From assembly GCF_036321535.1 (NCBI RefSeq), contig NC_087462.1:868001-932000 (forward strand): a stretch of DNA of 64,000 nucleotides, read 5' to 3'. The translations under genes were made by a program, and so were the position numbers. Every line of letters starts with the position of its first letter. Positions within the stretch are counted from its first letter, which is position 1. The stretch is from Camelus dromedarius. Lineage: Eukaryota. Shown piece by piece: positions 14,273 through 27,110 of the stretch. The notes under the pieces were generated by a model. The model was not told where the DNA came from. It worked only from the letters and a program-made list of their open reading frames with translations, and did not search any database.

Positions 14273-17200
14273 ATGACGAGCTCCGTGGCACCCTATGAGC
14301 AGCTGGTGCGACAGGTGGAGGCCTTGAAGGCCGAGAACAGTCACCTGCGGCAGGAGCTTCGGGATAACTCAAGCCACCTGTCCAAGCTGGAGACAGAGAC
14401 ATCAGGCATGAAGGTAAGGGGAGGCAGGGCAGGGGATGTGGGCCGGGGTCTCAGGGACAAACCCCAGGGTGCTGGACCCAGGGATGGGCAGGCAGGACTG
14501 GGGGCCTCTCCCAGGGGACTGGACCCGGCACGGTGCAGATGCTGACCGCCCTCTTTCCTGTCTCCACCTTCAGGAGGTCCTGAAGCACTTACAGGGCAAG
14601 CTGGAGCAGGAGGCCCGAGTGCTGGTGTCCTCGGGGCAGACTGAGGTGCTGGAGCAGCTGAAAGGTAAGGGGCTGGCCTGGGGGCCACCCCCCGCACACT
14701 GGGGCAGCCCCTGGCCCACTCCCAGCGGGAACTGGGAGGGGGGAGGGGTGCTCACTGGGCCTCTCCCTCCGCACCCATCCAGCCCTGCAGATGGACATCA
14801 CCAGCCTGTACAACCTCAAGTTCCAGCCCCCGGCTCTGGCCCCAGAGCCAGCTGCCCAGACCCCTGAGGAAAGCCCAGTACACAGCTCCGGGCCCTCCAA
14901 GGACAGCTTTGGGGAGCTGAGCCGGGCCACCATCCGGCTGCTGGAGGAACTGGACAGGGAAAGGTGAGATGGCGGGGAACCTTACCAGAGGCTGCTTTCA
15001 CAAGGTTCCACCCACAGCCTCTCTACTTTCTGATGTCCCCCATGTGCCCTGACCACTGAGCCTACCCACCCACCTAGTGAGTAGCCCCCGGCCCACACCC
15101 TGCCCCCTGTGGAGCCCCAGCCCACTTTCCTGGCCCAGCTAACCTCAGCTGGAGGACAAAGGGGAGGGGGCCATTCCTGGCAGAGGGGAAGGCTCCTGGG
15201 AGATGTCCCCATGGGCCCCGACATGCAGGCGTCTCCGGGGACAGGGCTGTGTCCAATGCCAGGCCTCAGAGTCAGGCCTGGAGCCAGAAGGACTCAAGGC
15301 GGCCTTTGTGGAGAAAGGACTGCAGCGCAAGAGACCAGGGCCTGGAGCCGGAAGGAGGCAGGGTCCGGGTGCCTAGCTCACTCGGCCAGGTTGTGTGGGG
15401 TCAGATGCAGCAGTCCCGGAGCAGCCCGGAGTTAAGTCCACTCTCTGCTGTCAAGCAAGAACACTAACGCCTCCCCAGCCTCAGACTTCCGCTCTGTGAG
15501 ATGGGAACAGCAGGGTCTGTGCACAGGGCGTGAAGAGGGGGAGTCTATTGCACCTCGAGCAGCCCGAGCCTGGCGTTTGCCCCGTGTAGGCTACAGGGAG
15601 ACTAGCCGGGCTTGGAGAGGTGTTAGAGTCAGAACCGCCGCCTCAGTTTTTCTCCGAGGACCAGGATTTACAAAGGAGCTACTTTCTCTCCTTTCAGTTA
15701 ATTTCCGTACCCCATTCCCACCTGGGACCGGCAGGGCCACGGGCGAGACTTTGCCACAGTGTTTATTAAACCTGGCACACAGTAAGCACCCAACAAGTGA
15801 TTAGGAAAATCAGAATAAACAGCACACAGGCCAGGGCTCCGGCACTGTGAGCCGGGGCCCACCGACCTGCCCTCCCCCTAGGTGTTTCCTGTTGAACGAG
15901 ATTGAGAAGGAGGAAAAGGAGAAGCTCTGGTATTACTCGCAGCTGCAGGGCCTGTCCAAGCGCCTGGACGAGCTCCCGCACGTGGAGACGGTGAGCGGGC
16001 AGGAAGGTGCCCAGGGGTCTGCAGTGCTCGCCCCGCCCACCGCGAGGGGAGCGGAGGGGAGGCCCCGGCCCCGTCCGGGCGTCCCCTCACTGCGGCCCAC
16101 TTGCCCCTCCCAGCAGTTCTCGATGCAGATGGACCTGATCCGTCAACAGCTGGAGTTCGAGGCGCAGCACATCCGCTCGCTGATGGAGGAGCGCTTCGGC
16201 ACCTCGGACGAGATGGTGCAGCGGGCGCAGGTGCCGGTGGGGGCGGGGCTATGAACCAGCGGGCGAATCAGAGTGCTGAGATTGTTGTGGGAGTGGTCTG
16301 GGTTAGTAGGCGGGGTTATATGCCTGTGGGCGAATCAGAGGGCAGAGACTCCTGTGGGTGGGGTCTGGGTTAGTAGGCGGAGCCAGAGCTAGAGCTGGTT
16401 GTGGGTGGAGGCAGGGGGTGCTTAGGGCAGCACCAGGCTCGGAGGGCAGAGTCCAACAGCGATGGGGATGGGGCGGACTGGGCGACGAGCTGCATCCGGA
16501 CAAGACTTGGGAGTTGATAGTCAGTGGCGGACAAAGTCAGGAAGGCCTGGAGGACGAGGTGGGGTCTAAATAGTGGGCGGAGCCAGCCCCTGCGGTTGAG
16601 AGTTGGCCCTTGGGTGGGGCCAGGCAGAGGGTGGAGTAGATAACTAACTGGGTAGGGTTTAGGGTGGGTGGGCTGTATCAAGGAGGAGGCGGAGTCAGGG
16701 CCAAGGGTAGGGTTTGGGCAACGGGCGGGGCCCTACCAGGGACTGAGGGGAGTCAGAGCATGGGGCCGGATTTGGACTGGGGGCGAGGCCAGATTGGGGG
16801 GTAGGCAGAGTCAGAGCCTGGGTGGGAGGCCCGCAGCCTGCACTTTCTCCCCTGCAGATCCGTGCTTCCCGCCTGGAGCAGATCGACAAGGAACTGCTGT
16901 CAGCTCAGGACAGAGTGCAGCAGACGGAGCCCCAGGTACCAGGAGGGGTGGAGCCAGGGTCCTCAGGGCCGGCAGCAGCCCCAGGCAGCAAGGGGTCCAG
17001 GGCCTTGCTCAGGGTGCTGTAATCCGTCTGCTGCCCCCACCACAATGTCACGGGTGTGCGAACGGCATCAGCAGCCTGGGCGCTTTGTGGGGTGCCCTGG
17101 GGCTGAGCCCCCAGGCCTGGCTTTCTCCCCACAGGCCTTACTGGCAGTGAAGTCAGTGCCAATGGACGAGGACCCTGAGACGGAGGTCCCCACGCACCCT

Positions 17201-20200
17201 GAGGATGGTGCCCCTCAGCCAGGCAACAGCAAGGTGAGGGGAGTACAGGTGGGGGGAAGCTGAGAGGTGGGGTGGGGGGAGTGGTTGGTATACACAGCCA
17301 AGTGGGTCCTGCACCCCTGCCTCCCCGTGCTGCCGTAAAGCTTCCCCAGGTGTGGAGGGTCACCCTGAGTTGGAGTGCACGGTGAGGCGCGGTTGTGGTC
17401 TGGAGCCTGGTGGGGTGGGTGTGGATACCTGTTCTGCATATTTGGAGGGTGCTCTAGACGTAGATGGGGGCCAACCCTAGGAGTACCTGGTGAGGTCGAT
17501 GGGGTGGGCATTTGGCCCTCAGGGGCTGGGGGCATTTCTGCAGTAATATGTGGGTGTGTGCGCCCCGCAGGATGCACAGCCAGGGTCTGGGATGATGAGC
17601 GCGAGGCTCTCCTGGCTGAATCGTTAGACTCCCGCCTGCTGAGAAGGAGTCACCAGGGCCGTTGTTGGCTGCCCCTGGCTGGGGAGTGCAGGTGGGCTGA
17701 CTGGGGCCAGGCGATCCAAGCAGGAGTCCCACCCTGATGTCTCCTGCCCCTCGCAGGTGGAGGTGGTCTTTTGGCTTCTGTCCATGCTGGCGACGCGTGA
17801 CCAGGAGGACACAGCCCGCACGCTGCTCGCCATGTCCAGCTCACCCGAGAGTTGTGTGGCCATGCGCCGCTCGGGCTGCCTACCGCTGCTGCTGCAGATC
17901 CTGCACGGCACCGGCACCGAGGCGGGGGCTGGGGGCCGCCACGGGAACCCTGGGGCGCCGGGAGCCAAGGACGCACGTATGCGCGCCAACGCAGCGCTGC
18001 ACAACATCGTCTTCTCCCAGCCGGACCAGGGCCTGGCGCGCAAGGAAATGCGTGTCCTGCACGTGCTGGAGCAGATCCGCGCCTACTGTGAGACCTGCTG
18101 GGACTGGCTGCAGGCCCGGGACGGCGGGCCCGAGGGAAGCGGCGGTGAGTGTGCAGCTTCTGTGCGATGGACATGCAGCCCGGGCTTCCCGGGTGGTGGG
18201 GCAATGCCGTTAGCAGTAAGGACAGCCTCTGGCTTTAGCCTTGCTCTGTGCCACCCGCCAGCAGAGGCCTTGTGGGAACCTGTGAGGACAGACTGGCAAA
18301 GGGATAGCCCCTAAAAATGACACCCTAGCGCTGCCGCCACAGGGCAGATGCTCAGGAAGCAGTCACTGATTGCATGGCTGGATTGTGGGTCACCCTGGAA
18401 ACGTGGACGCAGAGTTTGAGATTCCAAATTTTTGCAGGGGGCTGCAAAACGGGTTTTTTTTTTTAATTTTTAAATTTGGATTTATTTATTTATTTAGGAG
18501 GGGAAGGGAGATAATTAGGTCTATTTATTTACCTATTTTTAGAGGATGTATGGGAATTGAACCCAGGACCTCACTCATGCTAAGCATGTGGTCTACCACT
18601 TGAGCTACACCCGCCCCCCACCAGCAAAGTTAGTATCAGATGCTGAGCACCAGGCCAGGGAAGGCAGGCATCTCCTCATTCACTTCAGAGGGTCCGTGAA
18701 GGAGGCCTGCTGCTCTAGGGGTGACCCCCACATGCCCAGCCAGCAGCAGTTTGGAAAGCTCTGGAGTCTTTGCAGGCCGGAGGGGTGGAGACTTTGGGGA
18801 GGGGCCAGGAGACACTGCCTGGAGTGGGAGGGCTCTGACCTGGTCCCTTCGCCCACAGCCCCGGTCCCCATCGAGCCACAGATCTGCCAGGCCACCTGTG
18901 CTGTGATGAAGCTGTCGTTCGACGAGGAGTACCGCCGGGCCATGAACGAGCTGGGTGAGTGCCCACCCTCCGCCCTGAGCGCAGCCCCACCCGCATTTGG
19001 CGCGAGGCCTCCGTGCTTCGTTCAGACCAGGGCAGGCTCTCAGCCCTTGTGGTCCCGAGGCTCAGAGAACAGCGAAGAGGCCAGAAAGCCAACTGCAGAG
19101 GGAAGGTTCCAGCTCAGTGCTCAGAGCTCCAGGGCGGGGCAGGGCGGGGCCGCCCTGTGAAGTTGAGGTTTGCGAGCGTTGGCGTCACCGCAGCTCTTCC
19201 TCCACATAACAATACTGGAAATGTGGGAACGGAAAGACCGAGGGCCAAAAATCCCATCAGTGTGCTCAGCTTGACTCTAATGGTTACAAAATGAGGCAAC
19301 CACTTCTCACCCAGCATGTGGTCAAAGCGCCCAGTTTTGTAGGATCTCACTGTGGCCCCTACCCCGTGTAGAAACGGGTTCGAACCCAGTGGAGGAGAGC
19401 TTTCTGAAGGGGCGGTTTTGTCCTGACTTTTATTTATATATATATAGTGGAGGTACTGGGGATTGACCCAAGGACCTCAGGCATGCTAAGTGGGAGCTTT
19501 TCACTCTGTACCCCTGAGCTATACCCCGCCTCCTCCAGGGGCATTTGGAATAACGGACACTCTAAGAGAGGAGACGCCTCGAGTCTCCCCCCACCCCAGC
19601 TGGGGGTTTATCCTCTGGCTGGATTTACCTACAGAGGCGCAGAGAAACAAGCAAGGCAGCCACCCACCCAAGTGACACCCCCACCCCGACACAGCAGGAG
19701 TGCCCGACGGCAGGGGGCTGGGGTCAGACGCAGCGGCCCTTTAGACAGACTTCTTCAGTTCTCCGCGGGTCAACGGGAGGACAGTAAACCCAGAGAACAG
19801 GGGCTGTCCTCCCCGCCAGCGATGAGGGGCAGGAAGGAGAATTTCCAGTTTCATGGCAACCCCTTCTGACAAACGCACACTAGGAACACGTGCCCCTTTC
19901 ACGGGATAAAACAGCGGTTCTCACGGCGGGGTCCCGGGGCCCCTGGGGGCTACCAAGGTCCTTCCAAGAGGTCTGCAAAGTCACTGTTATGTGGGTAAGC
20001 TAACAACCGGCCGTTTCCATGCTCGTTCTCTCATGTGCACGTGTCCAGTGGGGTTTTCCAGACCCTCCGACTCTGAGGACCCCTGGGCTGCGCGTTCTGG
20101 GGTTCAGAGGTTTCTCCATTTTAGTTTCTAGTCTGGTAAATTTTGTGAGCTGTAACCCACCTGAACGAAAACTCTCTGGGGTCCTCAAAAAGTGTTCAGA

Positions 20201-23200
20201 GTGTGCAGGGGTCCCAAGACCAAAATGCTTGCTGGCCACTGGTGGCCAGGGCGCCACTCAGGTGAGCAGTCCCTTGGTTCCCGGAAAAGTGCCTCCACCC
20301 ATAGCTCGGCTCGGCTCACTCTTTTTTTTTTTTTTTTCTGTTATTTTTTTCCTTTGTGTGGGTTCCCAGGAGTGGAGTTTCTACATTAAGAAGCAAAAAG
20401 CCTTTGGAATTTCCCCCCCTCAACTTCTAGTTATGTATTTAAACATTTTTAAACCTGTGGTAAAATGCGATTGTGGTAAAATGTGTATGTATTATATAAA
20501 TGTGGTAAAATGGATAAAATTCACCGTCTTAGCCATGTTTAAGGGCACAGCTCAGTGGCATTAAGTACATCCATGTTGTGCCAGCAACCCCAGCACTTTT
20601 CTCCAGCACTTTCTCACCTTCCCAAACTGAACCTTTGTCCACATTAAACACTGACTCCCCCTCCCCCTCCCCAGCTCTGACAACCAGGAGCCCCCCTCTC
20701 TGTCCCTGCGGACTGGCCTGTTCTGGACGTCTCACATCCGTGGACTCACACACTGTGTGTCCTTCTGTGTCTGCTTCTCTCCCTGAGCACCGTGCTCTCG
20801 GGGTCCGTCCACGCGGGAGTGGGCGTCAGAGCTTCTCCCCTTTTTGTGGCTGAGTGACCTCCCACGTGGGGAGGGACACGGTGTGTGTCTGTCATCTGTT
20901 GATGGACCCTGGAGTTGTTGCCACCTTCTGGCTGTCGTGACTCGTGCTGTGCACGTGCATGTGTGGCTCACTTTGGGAGTTTTCTGGTTTGTGTGGCTGC
21001 CTGCCTTCCCCAGGGTGCTCCTTACCGGCATGCCCATCAGCAAAATTGCTTGTCCAGCACAGGAGGAGCCATTGCTGAGTAGGGGGTGGGGGTGGCAGCT
21101 GGTGTTTTGGTTCCTGCGGGTTCTTTCCTTTCTACTCACGCTGACCATTCTCCTCCCCAACATTCATTCTCTTTGTAAAGTGAAAATCCTTTTCCTAGTG
21201 AGTGAAGAATTGTGTGTGCAGGTCACAGGCACCCGGTCCTGCCCTCAGTGGCTCATGGTCTAATGGTCTTAGGGGCTTCTCATCTGGGGAGTCACGGGGC
21301 TTCCCTGAGCAGGTGACTCTTGAGCAGAAGGGGACCCAGGAGACTGGGTGAATAGCAGGGAACAGCATCCAGGCACAAGGAGCAGCATGTGCAAAGGCCC
21401 CGCAGATGAAGTGTGACTGAAGGCTGAGGGCAGAAAGGAGGCGAGTGTGGTGCTGCAGGGCAGCCTGACTGGTGGTAGGCTGCCTGGAGGTGGTGTCCCC
21501 AGAGTTGGGCTTCAAAGGTGAACCTGGGGGAGAGCTGATCTGGCAGTGGGATGGAGGGGAGGATGTCTAACCAGATGAACTGTGTGGGCAGAGGCTGGGA
21601 GGAGGGCAGGTGGTTTGGGATGCTCGCCCGCCCCCAGCGCTGCCGTGTCCCCCCAGGTGGGCTGCAGGCCGTGGCAGAGTTACTGCAGGTTGACTACGAG
21701 ATGCACAAGATGACCCAGGATCCTCTGAACCTGGCCCTGCGCCGATATGCTGGCATGACACTCACCAACCTCACCTTCGGGGATGTTGCCAACAAGGTGC
21801 CTGGGCAGGCGGCGGGGCAGCAGCCCCTCAGGTCTAAGCCCCCTTTGTCCTCATCCCTGCCTCAAAGTAGCACTGGGAAGTGGGGACAGGTGTTCCCAAT
21901 TTACAGGTGGGGAGACTGAGGCCCAGAGCCTCCCTCAGGCAGGACTGCCTGCCTTGGCCGCTCTGCTGCTGCCCCCAGAGGGGCACCTCTGGGTAGGCGG
22001 GGGTTGGGGTGGGGCTGGTGTCTGTGCCTCCGGAGCCTCAGTTTCCGCATCTGAAGGGCGACTGCTCCCTCCCCCTCCCCCGTGATGGTGAAGATGGGAG
22101 GTTGGGGTCCAAATGCTAGCACACAGTAAGTACTCCATTAGCGTAGGAGGCGGCCCTCCTGCCGCAGCGTGACTTTCCTGCGTCACCCACAGGCCACGCT
22201 GTGCGCCCGCCGGGGCTGCATGGAGGCCATCGTGGCCCAGCTGGCATCTGAGAGCGAGGAGCTCCACCAGGTACCCGGAGGGTGGCCCCTCGGTGTGGTG
22301 TCCGCTGCTGGCGGCAGGGTCAAGGGCAGGGGCGGGGCTGCCTCTGGAGCCTGGCCCAGGCCCAAGGTGCCTGCTCTGCGCCTGCGCAGGTGGTGTCCAG
22401 CATCCTGCGGAACCTGTCCTGGCGGGCTGACATCAACAGCAAGAAGGTGCTGAGGGAGGTGGGCAGCATGACTGCCCTGACGCAGTGCGTCCTGCGAGCC
22501 ACCAAGGTGGGCGCCGGCTGGGGCGCTGGGCTGGGGCCGGGGGAAAGGGGGCCGCCAAGGCTGCTAAGCGCGAGCCAGGGGGCAGGTAGGCACTGGCGGC
22601 AGGTGGTGAGTTCTCTGCCTTGGGAGGAAATCAAGCCAAACCACCTGCCACTTGGCAGGTGGTCCAGGCCTGGGGCTTCCAACCAGGGGATGGTGGATCC
22701 CATTACTTTTTACTTTTACTTGAAAACGCGTTTGGGTGTTATTTGTCGCTGCCTCAATGGGGAGGGTCCCTGCGGTGGGGCTGGGCCTGGGGCCCTCACT
22801 GCTGACCCCCTCCCGCTCCTCCCTGTGCCCAGGAGTCCACCCTAAAGAGCGTGCTCAGCGCCCTGTGGAACCTCTCAGCGCACAGCACGGAGAACAAGGC
22901 CGCCATCTGCCAGGTGGACGGCGCCCTGGGCTTCCTGGTGAGCACACTGACCTACAAGTGCCAGAGCAACTCGCTGGCCATCATCGAGAGCGGCGGCGGC
23001 ATCCTGCGCAACGTGTCCAGCCTCGTCGCCACCCGCGAGGACTACAGGTCGGCCCCGCCGCCCTGGGGGCAGCGCGGGGAGGGCGCGGGGACGGTGGGCC
23101 CTTGGGGCGGGGGCGGCTTGCGGTGGGCCGGTGCGGAGGGCCGCCCTCCGTCCTCCTGCAGACGGGTGGTCCCGACCTGTCCCCGGGGACTATTCTAGTG

Positions 23201-26200
23201 TAAACGTATCCCAAATATTACATGGGCTACACGGAGACTAAATTTTACATTAGTTTAGTAAAAATACATGCAATTTTCTAAATAATATTAATGAATATTT
23301 GTTCTTCATGAAAATATTATTCACTGAGTAATATTAATAAGTAAACACTATTCTTTATTAATATATTTATTATTTAGTAGTTAACATTTATAATAAGTAA
23401 TGCTTCTAATGTATGCAAATACATAAATCTTTTTAGTGTAAGTGTATCCTAAACATTGCATGGGATATACTTGTACTAAATTTTAAATCAATTCATACAA
23501 AATATATAATTTTCTAAAAAATAATATTCTTTATGAAAATAAATACAATATTCACTAAATAGTGTTAATAAACATTACTTGAATAACAAGCATTTATTAC
23601 TTACTAGGTAACAATAATAAATAATGCTTCTAATGTAGGCAAATACATATGTTTTTTAGTGTAAGTATATACCAAATATTGCAAGGGATATACTTACATT
23701 GAATTTTCCTTTATTCAAATAAAAACGTACCATTTTTTTAGATAACAGTAAAGCTTATTATTTATTAAATAAAATATCACTTAAGACTAATAATAAGTAA
23801 TGCTTCAATGTATGAAAACACTTTTTTTAGTATATCCCAGGATATACTTGTGCTAAAGATTTTATCAAAATAAAAATTTGTTTGCAAATCAGTGTGATAC
23901 ACTGTATCAACAAAAGACAAAAACCACACAGTCATCTCCATAGATGCAGAAAAAGCATTTGATAAAAGGCAACATCCACTCATGACAAACACTCTCACCA
24001 AAGTGGGTAGAGAGGGAACATATCTCAGCATAACAAAGGCCATTTATGACAAACCCGCAGCCAGCATAGTGCTCAGCGGTGAGAATCCGAAAGCCTTCCC
24101 GCTAACATCTGGAACAGGACAAGGACGCCCACTCTCACCGCTTCTAGTCAACACAGGGCTGGAAGTCCTGGCCACAGCAACCAGGCGAGAGGAAGAAAGA
24201 GAAGGGGTCCAAACTGGAAGGGAAGAGGCAGAACTGTCCCTAGACGCAGACGACATGATGCTATAGACAGAAAGCCCTGAAGGCGCCACGCAAGAACGAC
24301 TAGAGCCGCTGAAAGAATCCAGCAAGGCAGCAGGACGCAAGGCAACGTACAGAAATCTACCCCGCTTCACACTAACAGTGCAATGGCAGGGAAGGAGAGC
24401 AAAGAAACAATCCCTCTTAAAAACTGGATCAAAAAAGTACTTAGGAACATGCCTGACCGAGGAGGTGAAAGATGATGCACACCCTGAGACCTGGCGAACA
24501 CTGACTAAGGGAGTTAAAGATGGCTGAAAGGAATGGGAAGACACCCCATGCCCTTGGATTGGAAGCGTTAACAGTGGTAAAACGGCCGTGCTACCCAAAG
24601 CAACCCTTACAGATTTAATGCGATCTCTATCAAATTACCCAGGACATTTTTCACAAAACTAAAACAAATAATCCTAAAATTTATATGGAATCACAAAAGA
24701 CCCAGAACTGCCAAAACAATACTTTTAGGAAAAAGAACGAAACTGGAAGCATAGCCCTCCCAGACTTCTGACAATACTGCAAAGTTACAGGAGTCAAAAC
24801 AGCATGATGTTGGCACAATAACAGACCTATGGATCAAGGGGCCAAACAGAGAGCCCAGAAATAAACCCACACACCTATGCTCAGTTACTCTTTGACAAAA
24901 GAGGCAAGATTATACAATGGGGAAAGGACAATCCCTTTGGCAAGAGGCGCTGGGAAAGCTGGACAGCTGCATGCAAATCAGTGACGTTAGAACACTCCCT
25001 CACGCCATACACAGAAATAAACTCAAAATGGCTTAAAGACTTAAACATAAGACAGGACACCATAAATCTAGACAAGAACACAGGCAAAACATTCTCTGAC
25101 ATAAATCATAGCAGGGTTCTCCTAGTTCAGTCTACCCAGGCAATAGAAATAAAAGCAAAAACAAACAACAAAGGAAACCATAAACAGAACAAAAAGACAA
25201 CCTACAGACTGGAAGAAAATACTTGCAAGTGGTGTGACTGACAAGGGCTTCACTTCCAGAATATACAAACAGCTCATACAACTCAATACAAAGAAACAAA
25301 CAACCCAATCAAAAAACGGGCAGAAGACCTACATAGACATTTCTCCAAAGAAAACATCTAGATGGCCAACAGGCACGTGAAAAGATGCTCAACATCCCTA
25401 ATTATCAGAGAAAAGCAAATCAAAGCCACAGTGACGCATCACCTCACACCAATCAGAATGACCATTATTCAAAAATCCACAATAAACGCTGGAGAGGGTG
25501 TGGAGAAAAGGGAGCCCTCCTACACTATTGGTGGGAGTGTAGTTTCGTGCAGCCATTATGGAAAACAGTATGGAGATTCCTTAAAAAACTAAAAATAGGC
25601 TTACCGTATGATCCAGCTATCCCACTCCTGGGCACACACCCAGAGAAAACTCTAATTTGAAAAGANNNNNNNNNNNNNNNNNNNNNNNNNNNNNNNNNNN
25701 NNNNNNNNNNNNNNNNNNNNNNNNNNNNNNNNNNNNNNNNNNNNNNNNNNNNNNNNNNNNNNNNNNNNNNNNNNNNNNNNNNNNNNNNNNNNNNNNNNNN
25801 NNNNNNNNNNNNNNNNNNNNNNNNNNNNNNNNNNNNNNNNNNNNNNNNNNNNNNNNNNNCAGACAAAAACAGATATTATATGATACCACTTATATGCCGA
25901 ATTTAAAATATGATGCAAATGAACTTACTTACAAAACAGAGACACAGAGAAAACAAACTTACTGTTACCAAAGGGGAAGTAGGGGGAAGGGATAAATTAG
26001 GAGTCTGGGATTAGCAGCTACAAACTGCTATATACAAAATAGATAAACAACAGGGAACTACATTCAATATCTTGTAATAACCTGTAATGAAAAAGAATAT
26101 ATATTATGTGAAACTGAGTCACTTTGCTTTACACCAGAAACTAACACAACATTGTAAAGTCAACTATGCTTCAATTAAAAAAATTTTTTCAATTTATTAA

Positions 26201-27077
26201 ATAATGCTAATAAATTAATAAAAAGTATTTTTTAAAGCAAGCAAAAATCAGTCTTTAGTATACCCCAAACATCACAAGGCTTAGGTGCATTAAAATGAGA
26301 TATACTAGAACTATTCACTTTAAAAGATAACCATTATTTTTTAAAAAGAGAATTATTGCTATGTTAGCATTATTTTATTTAATAAGTATTTCATTGCTAT
26401 TAATAAATAAAAGTTTTAGCACAGCCCATTTGATATTTGAGATATACTAAATATTTAATCTCTTTCCTGAAATTCAAAGTTACCTGGGCACCTCCTTTTC
26501 GCTGCTGGTGGGATGCGGGCGGTCCAGGCGGGGCAGCGGGTGGGGCCTGACCGCTCCTCCACAGGCAGGTGCTGCGGGACCACAACTGCCTGCAGACGCT
26601 GCTGCAGCACCTGACATCGCACAGCCTGACCATCGTGAGCAACGCGTGTGGCACGCTGTGGAACCTGTCGGCCCGCAGCCCCCGCGACCAGGAGCTGCTG
26701 TGGGACCTGGGCGCCGTGGGCATGCTGCGCAACCTGGTGCACTCCAAGCACAAGATGATCGCCATGGGCAGCGCTGCCGCCCTGCGCAACCTGCTGGCCC
26801 ACCGGCCGGCCAAGTACCAGGCGGCCGCCACCGCCGTCTCCCCCGGCGCCTGCGCGCCCAGCCTGTACGTGCGGAAGCAGCGCGCGCTGGAGGCCGAGCT
26901 GGACGCGCGGCACCTGGCCCAGGCGCTTGACCACCTGGAGAAACAGGGCCCACCCGAGGCCGAGGCCGAGGCCTCTTCCAAGAAGCCCCTGCCGCCCCTG
27001 CGGCACCTGGATGGCCTGGCCCAGGACTACGCCTCTGACTCGGGCTGCTTCGACGACGACGACGCACCCTCCCTGGC

Positions 27078-27110
<33 letters not shown>

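Noticed and set aside
23982-24266. Reverse-transcriptase-like ORF as an active retroelement
   Set aside because: A 5'-truncated L1 with stops and frameshifts and a degenerate catalytic motif (DADD); not autonomous.
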